Source: an uncultured Pseudomonadales bacterium (GTDB lineage: Bacteria; Patescibacteriota; Microgenomatia; UBA1400; RBG-16-45-19). Taken from it: a stretch of 36,609 bases of DNA. The translations under genes were made by a program, and so were the position numbers. Location of the stretch: positions 5,909-42,517 of the forward strand of contig CAYXRB010000009.1 of NCBI GenBank assembly GCA_964467565.1. The letters are read 5' to 3'. Below the pieces are notes generated by a model that worked only from the letters and a program-made list of their open reading frames with translations, ran no database searches and was not told where the DNA came from. This document shows, piece after piece, positions 31,357 to 36,609 of the stretch; position 1 is the first letter of the stretch; every line of letters starts with the position of its first letter.

Positions 31357-33321
31357 TTAGATTTGGTTTAGACTGTCGATAAGGAGACGGATTTCTTGAT
31401 TTAAAAGGTCTTGTGCGGAAGCATGAATAACTCCTGCACCTGCAAGTTTAATGATTTTTTCATTAAGGCTATCTAATGACCTTATGGTCTTATCTGGCCT
31501 TTTCAAATCTTGAGTTTCAATTACCCCGACTTGAGTGTATAAACTGTTTTTTAAGCCAAAGTTTTTAACCCATCCTTGGTTGTATACATCTTGAATAAGT
31601 TGTTTTAGTGTTTCAAAAGAAACCTGTTTAGATATGTGTTGGGTAGTGTTGTTAGGATTATAGTTTAGATTAAAAATAATCGGCGAGGACCCTATAAAGA
31701 CCGAATTTTCTTGGGCTGTCAGCTCACCTGACGCGTTATACATATATATTTCAAATGAGTAGTACCCAGGAACAGGCGCAGAAAGTTGCAATTGATAGTT
31801 ACCCCCAATCGGGTACTTAATCCCCAGTTGCCAATAGGCATTGCCCACCGTCTCACCAATAATTTCGTCAACGAGCGGTTTTTCAAGAATTAGCTGAGAC
31901 AGCGGAATATTAGTAGATACAGGTTGGGTGGTAGCTAACTGATTATCAGGATTAGTAATAGTGATGTTTAGATTAGGGTCAGCATTTAACCATACATAGC
32001 TGAAATCAGGGTTAACCAGAGATTCTGACATTAACGATGATGTTTGAAATAACGAGTTGAATGATCCTGAGTTTAAATCTGTACCGGCTGGGTAGTAGTG
32101 AAGAGCTCGTTGAATATTAGTGGTTGGGACACCCAGAACAGAATCAGCCCCATAAAACGGGTCATGGATTCGATATAAGCTTCCTGAATCAGTTGCCTCC
32201 GTTTTATAGGCAGTGACAAAGTGTCTTCCGCTGGAACTTGAAGGAGAGGTAAAACCAGTAATGATGGGCTGATTTAGATTTTCAAGAATATTATTATAGC
32301 TGGGTGTGTCTGTAGGTGAGACCAATTGCAGTTCAAGTTGGGGATAAGCTGAATTACTTGCATTTAAAGCCTGGGTCAAGGTTGATATACTGCTCCAATT
32401 CACGCTGCCTTCACGCCAGTATGGGAAGGGATACACGTTAAGCCAGTCGTTAAGCGTTTGTGGTGTCAGGTCAACAAGCTGGTCACCCCACGGTATTTTA
32501 TCTAGGCCATAACTTTTGAGTACCATGGCAGCGCTTGTGAGAGCGCAACCGACTTGTTCAATGGTGCGGTTTAAATGGTCGTATTTAGAATCTTTCCATA
32601 ATGGATCGCGTTGGGAAAAATAAGGAAATTGTGTGGGGGTAGGATCAGGGGTGAGGTCGGTGACCTTGATATTGTCGAAGTATACTTCAGTTGTTCCACC
32701 ACCACCCGTACCTACCCGAAATCCTATAGCCCCATTCAGTACCGGTAGATTGGAATCAGTAACGTCAAATACAAGTGTATAGTCTTGTTGATTTGCTTCT
32801 TTTACATATATTTTAAAGTTACCTTCAATCAGATCTAATTTCCAGTTATATGTTATGTTATTTAGTAAAATATATGGTAAAGAATGATAAAAAATTGGTG
32901 GGCCAACATTTGAAGGGGCATGTTTAGTTAAATATATAGTATTGCCACTAACATGTAACTGATAAAAATAATACCCTAATGAGCTCTCGTTTGTGGGTAC
33001 CACTCTCCAAATAAAATTTTTATCAACACCCGACAGAGCAAGCATATCGAACTCGTATCGAATATTTGTCCAATTTGAATCACCAGCAATTGAGTTTCCT
33101 ACCGTAGAAGGTGAAGTGACTTTTAACCCATATTTTCCATCAACCACTTCCCAAGATGAATTTGTATTTGGACCTATTTCATGAACTGGTAGCCATCCGT
33201 CAGCATTACCGTCAGAAAAATCATCGAGAAATAGGATATCCCCATAATTGGCATGAACGCGAGTTACCGAAGTGATTAGTAGGAATATTATAAAAAAGAA
33301 GACCTGTACGATTAGTTTCAT
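31357..33321 (-). CDS. Secreted multidomain protein: concanavalin/LamG-like (DUF1080-like) N-domain, peptidase C39-like cysteine-protease-fold domain, C-terminal FIMAH-like helical domain
   Basis: Signal peptide MKLIVQVFFFIIFLLITSVTRVHA. A DFSDGNADGW...WEVVDGKYGL lectin-like start is followed by a TPDPTPTQ linker. FPYFSQRDPLW...QVGCALTSAAMVLKSYG and ...GRHFVTAYK match the C39-like Cys/His pattern. The C-terminal ...GLKNSLYTQV...LDSLNEKIIKLAGAGVIHASAQDLL..LIDSL is FIMAH-like. All domain calls are from memory. Confidence 0.5.
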   Translation of the reverse strand: MKLIVQVFFFIIFLLITSVTRVHANYGDILFLDDFSDGNADGWLPVHEIGPNTNSSWEVVDGKYGLKVTSPSTVGNSIAGDSNWTNIRYEFDMLALSGVDKNFIWRVVPTNESSLGYYFYQLHVSGNTIYLTKHAPSNVGPPIFYHSLPYILLNNITYNWKLDLIEGNFKIYVKEANQQDYTLVFDVTDSNLPVLNGAIGFRVGTGGGGTTEVYFDNIKVTDLTPDPTPTQFPYFSQRDPLWKDSKYDHLNRTIEQVGCALTSAAMVLKSYGLDKIPWGDQLVDLTPQTLNDWLNVYPFPYWREGSVNWSSISTLTQALNASNSAYPQLELQLVSPTDTPSYNNILENLNQPIITGFTSPSSSSGRHFVTAYKTEATDSGSLYRIHDPFYGADSVLGVPTTNIQRALHYYPAGTDLNSGSFNSLFQTSSLMSESLVNPDFSYVWLNADPNLNITITNPDNQLATTQPVSTNIPLSQLILEKPLVDEIIGETVGNAYWQLGIKYPIGGNYQLQLSAPVPGYYSFEIYMYNASGELTAQENSVFIGSSPIIFNLNYNPNNTTQHISKQVSFETLKQLIQDVYNQGWVKNFGLKNSLYTQVGVIETQDLKRPDKTIRSLDSLNEKIIKLAGAGVIHASAQDLLNQEIRLLIDSLNQI

Positions 33322-33424
33322 CTTGCTTTAAAATGCTTTTGGGACAATTAGTTATTATTAGAACGTTTAATTGATGAGCTAGTCAACAGCCGAATTAGTA
33401 GACTTCTAGGCTGAAAATCTGAAT

Positions 33425-34075
33425 ATGGTAAAGATTAACAGTTCGAGTCTATGGGATAGACTCTTGGTGCACAGTAATTATAGAGAGTGCTCACCAACCA
33501 CGCGTGAAAGAATTAAGTTAATTGCATCGTTATTGCGAGATTGTAATAACGTTCTGAATATCGGCTCAGGGCAAGGATATTTGGAAAGTAGAATTAAGGA
33601 ACAGATTGAAGCCGATAAATATCATTGGAATAGTCTAGATATAACTGAAATCGGTCTTGCTAATATAAGGAGAATCTCTAAAAAAATTAATACATTCAAA
33701 GCGAATATTCTCAAATTACCTTTTCAGTTAAATACTTTTGACTGTGTTGTGGCATCTGAGGTTTTAGAACATTTGGATAAAAATATTATTACTGTTGCTT
33801 ATGCACAAATATATAAAGTATTGAAAACTTCAGGACGATTAATTATCAGCGTACCAGTTTATGAGCAAATGCCCCTTAAGAATCACCCGGTTGGGCATTA
33901 TAGAAAATATACACCTAATATTATTTCTAGAGAGTTGCAAAAAAATAAGTTTAAAATTATAAAAGTCCATTACCTATATGCATTTAATACTTCTTTTATG
34001 TTCAGAAGTCTGATTAATAGAGTAATTAAATTGAGAAGACCAAATGTATTGGTGTTGGTATGCGAAAAGTTGTGA
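33425..34075 (+). CDS. Class I SAM-dependent methyltransferase
   Basis: Motif I VLNIGSGQGYLE, post-I LDIT, and motif II/III FDCVVASEVLEHL...GRLIISVP are present. Confidence 0.8.
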   Translation: MVKINSSSLWDRLLVHSNYRECSPTTRERIKLIASLLRDCNNVLNIGSGQGYLESRIKEQIEADKYHWNSLDITEIGLANIRRISKKINTFKANILKLPFQLNTFDCVVASEVLEHLDKNIITVAYAQIYKVLKTSGRLIISVPVYEQMPLKNHPVGHYRKYTPNIISRELQKNKFKIIKVHYLYAFNTSFMFRSLINRVIKLRRPNVLVLVCEKL

Positions 34076-35076
34076 TGTTGGCCCGGCTGTATTGGCCGCA
34101 TGTGGGAGGGGTAGAAAATCATGTTTTAGGACTTTGTAGTCGATTAAAAAAAAGAGGTATTGCAATAACTCTAATCACTGAGCAATACAGTAAAGAGTTA
34201 AAACTAAAGGAATACCATGAGGGAGTAAAAATTTTACGAGTCCCCTACTCCAATATTGGTTCAAAATTGAAGACTTGGCGATGGATGTGTCAACATAGAA
34301 AAGAATTTGAATCGGCAGAGTTGGTGCACGCGCATGATGTTGGTTGGTGGTATGTACCCATAAAATGGATTCACAGGTCTACACCTTTTTATATTACTTT
34401 TCATGGGTATGAACCCAGAGGCTTGCCCCGCTTTGGTGCGATTTTGAGCAGAAAAATTGTTGAATTGAGTACAAATGGTTCGATTGTGGTGGGTGAGTTT
34501 ATTAAAAAGTGGTATTGGGCAAAGCCAACGTATATTACATACGGGGCACAGGATTTGAAGTCTGCTCCCCTACCCCAAAAACAGTCGGCAGTTTTTGTAG
34601 GAAGAATCGAAGCTGATACGGGAATTTTTACCTACCTTAGAGCGTTAAGATACTTACACCCAGAATTGACTTTAGACGTATATGGTGAGGGTAAAGATTT
34701 AAATAAAGCACAGACATACGTAAAAAAGTACGGTTTGCCCGTGGCTTTTCATGGTTTGACTTTGAAGCCCAGTGAGGTAATACGTAAATCACGATTTGTT
34801 TTTACATCGCAGTACTTAACCATACTGGCGGCGATGCAAACTAAAAGATTGGTCATAGCAACATACTCATCGTCTCTTAAACGAGATTACCTTGAATGCC
34901 ACCCCATGAAAAATTCGATGATAATTGCGGAGAAGGCAAGTGATTTGGTTGAAAAAATGAATGAATTACATGAGGAAGATGAAACTGAGAAGATTGAAAA
35001 GGCATATGAATGGGCAATGAAGCAGACGTGGATGGCATTGGAAGATAAGTATCTTACTTTATGGCAAATAAATTAA
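34060..35076 (+). CDS. GT-B glycosyltransferase (GT4-like)
   Basis: N-terminal MLARLYWPHVGGVENHV is typical of GT4. The start is either ATG 34060 or ATG 34075, the latter overlapping the methyltransferase stop (TGATG). Confidence 0.7.
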   Translation: MRKVVMLARLYWPHVGGVENHVLGLCSRLKKRGIAITLITEQYSKELKLKEYHEGVKILRVPYSNIGSKLKTWRWMCQHRKEFESAELVHAHDVGWWYVPIKWIHRSTPFYITFHGYEPRGLPRFGAILSRKIVELSTNGSIVVGEFIKKWYWAKPTYITYGAQDLKSAPLPQKQSAVFVGRIEADTGIFTYLRALRYLHPELTLDVYGEGKDLNKAQTYVKKYGLPVAFHGLTLKPSEVIRKSRFVFTSQYLTILAAMQTKRLVIATYSSSLKRDYLECHPMKNSMIIAEKASDLVEKMNELHEEDETEKIEKAYEWAMKQTWMALEDKYLTLWQIN

Positions 35077-35143
35077 GAGGAATAGCACTATAAATATTAG
35101 TGCAATAATTTTGATTGATAGAGCGTACAATATAGTTAGTTTT

Positions 35144-36076
35144 ATGAAATTCTCGGTGGTTACCACGATTTTAAATGAAGAAGAAAGTGTATTACCTTTA
35201 CTCAGCTCCCTAGTTGGTCAAGAATTGAAACCGGATGAAGTGATTATTGTCGATGGGGGTTCGACTGACGAAACCCTTCAATTAATTGAAGCTTGGGAGA
35301 GAGAACATGTGAATATACGTGTCAGGGTGATTGTAAAATACGGCGTGAATCGCTCACGCGGACGGAATATTGGAATAAAAGCAGCGCAAAACGAACATTT
35401 AGCCATAATTGATGCAGGGTGTGAAGCTGATAAGAATTGGTTAAGTGCTTTTGCTCTTAAGTGGAAAAAGAATCCTGAGGCAGATGCGATAGCAGGATTT
35501 TATTTGGTAAGCCCCCGTTCTGTCTTAGAATACTGCTTTGGTTTAATGTTGGCAGTATCGCCAAAAAGTTTTAATACTAATACTTATTTGCCGTCATCCA
35601 GAAGTTTGGCAATGACAAAAACAGCATGGAAAAAGGCCATGATGTATCCTGAATATTTGGATACGTGCGAAGATCTAGTGTTTGCAGACCGGTTAAAAAA
35701 GCGAGTGAAGATGATAGTAACCAAAAAGGCTCTTGTGTACTGGTATATGCCAAAAGATTTAATAGCATTTATTGGGACGATAAGGGGATACGCAGAAGGA
35801 GATGTGCGTGCATTATATTGGCCTCATTTAATAAAAATTGCGTCGGTTTGGTTGCGGTATGTAGTTTTTGTGGTTTACCCACCCCTGCTGATGTTTTATC
35901 TGTTTTACCCACCACTAAAATATTGGAGGTCGGCATGGAGAAATGGGGCGATTTTTATTTTACCGGCAGTGCAATTGGCTGCAGATGTAGGAGTAATGTG
36001 GGGCAGTTTACGGGGTGTGATTAAGTTATTGAGCGCAGGGTCTTTAGCCCTAAGTACCAGCGAAGCGGAAGTGTGA
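35144..36076 (+). CDS. GT-A family 2 glycosyltransferase with C-terminal TM helices
   Basis: MKFSVVTTILNEEESVLPLL...EVIIVDGGSTDET...NRSRGRNIG...IDAG is a GT2 signature. The C-terminus is hydrophobic (WLRYVVFVVYPPLLMFYLFY). Confidence 0.8.
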   Translation: MKFSVVTTILNEEESVLPLLSSLVGQELKPDEVIIVDGGSTDETLQLIEAWEREHVNIRVRVIVKYGVNRSRGRNIGIKAAQNEHLAIIDAGCEADKNWLSAFALKWKKNPEADAIAGFYLVSPRSVLEYCFGLMLAVSPKSFNTNTYLPSSRSLAMTKTAWKKAMMYPEYLDTCEDLVFADRLKKRVKMIVTKKALVYWYMPKDLIAFIGTIRGYAEGDVRALYWPHLIKIASVWLRYVVFVVYPPLLMFYLFYPPLKYWRSAWRNGAIFILPAVQLAADVGVMWGSLRGVIKLLSAGSLALSTSEAEV

Positions 36077-36609
36077 AGGTAAAACTGATGGCTAAAGCGG
36101 TGGGAATACCTGCTATACCTTGATTTGAAATTACATAGAATAACGTAGGGTACAAGATAAGGCTTTGGATGAATGTGATGGCTGATAAATATTTTTGCTT
36201 CCTTACCGCTAAAAAGAGAGGGTTGAGAGGAGTTGAAATAATGGTTATAAGGCTAACCCAGGGAAGTGTGCGCATGAGTACAATGGCGTCGATCCACTGA
36301 GGCCCTAATAAAAGTAAAGTAATGGGCTTGGCGAGAATTGAGATTAGTGCAGTTATTGGAAGAGCAAGTGAAAACATTGTGAGGGCAGTTTTTAAAAAAG
36401 CCCTCTTTAAACGAGGGGGATCGGTTAATAACCTGCTGTAGGTGGGAAAAGCGACTTTGTTAAAGGTCTCTGTTATTTCGTCAATGGGTAAGAAACTTAA
36501 GCGGTAGGCCATTTGATAGATGCCTAATGAAGCTGTAGGTAAGAGGCGGCCTATGCTAATATCGGGCGCGGTATTGGTGATATAGCCGAATACGCCCATG
36601 AGAGTGACC
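36021..36609 (-). CDS. Polysaccharide-biosynthesis MOP/Wzx-type flippase, C-terminal part (the ORF runs off the right edge)
   Basis: ASLGIYQMAYRLSFLPIDEITETFNKVAFPTYSRL followed by several TM helices is typical of the Polysacc_synt C-terminal region. The frame is open to base 36609. Confidence 0.7.
   Translation of the reverse strand, partial: VTLMGVFGYITNTAPDISIGRLLPTASLGIYQMAYRLSFLPIDEITETFNKVAFPTYSRLLTDPPRLKRAFLKTALTMFSLALPITALISILAKPITLLLLGPQWIDAIVLMRTLPWVSLITIISTPLNPLFLAVRKQKYLSAITFIQSLILYPTLFYVISNQGIAGIPTALAISFTFTLPLRWYLGLKTLRSIT

Noticed and set aside
1-36609. A search for CRISPR arrays, rRNA genes, transposases or integrases, and long tandem repeats.
   Set aside because: None was found by eye. 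The only repetitive or low-complexity stretches are coding: the Pro/Thr tail of PBP1A at about 14550-14612, and the Gln-rich tail of the 148-aa protein.

Overview
Gene-dense, moderately AT-rich bacterial window. Many proteins are domain-minimised, the fatty-acid synthesis genes are missing from an otherwise conserved neighbourhood, and there is a type IV pilus module. From this I infer a small-genome, CPR/Patescibacteria-like organism; this is inference, not proof.

Layout:
- 1-3916 (+): type IV pilus module with pilin-like genes and pilM/N/O. pilM is broken by a 1-nt frameshift.
- 4043-25664: an almost unbroken minus-strand block of housekeeping genes. In map order: KH protein, rpsP, rnc, an ACP-like relic, nusB, rpmF (49 aa, absent from the ORF track), recG, tyrS, efp, epmA, dtd. 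PBP1A lies on the + strand. The block continues with the classical thrS-infC-rpmI-rplT-(78-aa ORF)-pheS-pheT cluster, tRNA-Val, two hypotheticals, a PPIase-less trigger factor, tRNA-Leu and a lysozyme-like protein.
- 25811-28146: tRNA-Arg and tRNA-Lys, then an AT-rich stretch with two membrane proteins, a GC-rich polysaccharide-deacetylase pseudogene and a tRNA-Lys-like 3' fragment. This looks like a decayed tRNA-associated island.
- 28211-36609: membrane-anchored archaemetzincin-like protease, cytidylate-kinase-like P-loop protein, murI, a secreted lectin/C39-like protein with a membrane partner, and a glycosylation cluster (methyltransferase, GT4, GT2, partial MOP flippase).

Most interesting observations:
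1. PheS carries an N-terminal AlaX-like domain with a degenerate zinc motif, while PheT lacks its OB-fold tRNA-binding domain.
2. The thrS leader folds into a helix / UGGGACC 7-nt bulge / helix element matching T-box antiterminator architecture, downstream of a hairpin showing ACC codons in its loop.
3. efp lacks the expected stop and reads 39 codons into tyrS.
4. An ACP-like ORF without the canonical Ser sits where the fab/acpP genes normally are.

No CRISPR array, rRNA, transposase or integrase was seen. All calls come from reading the sequence and from remembered family motifs; no searches were run.
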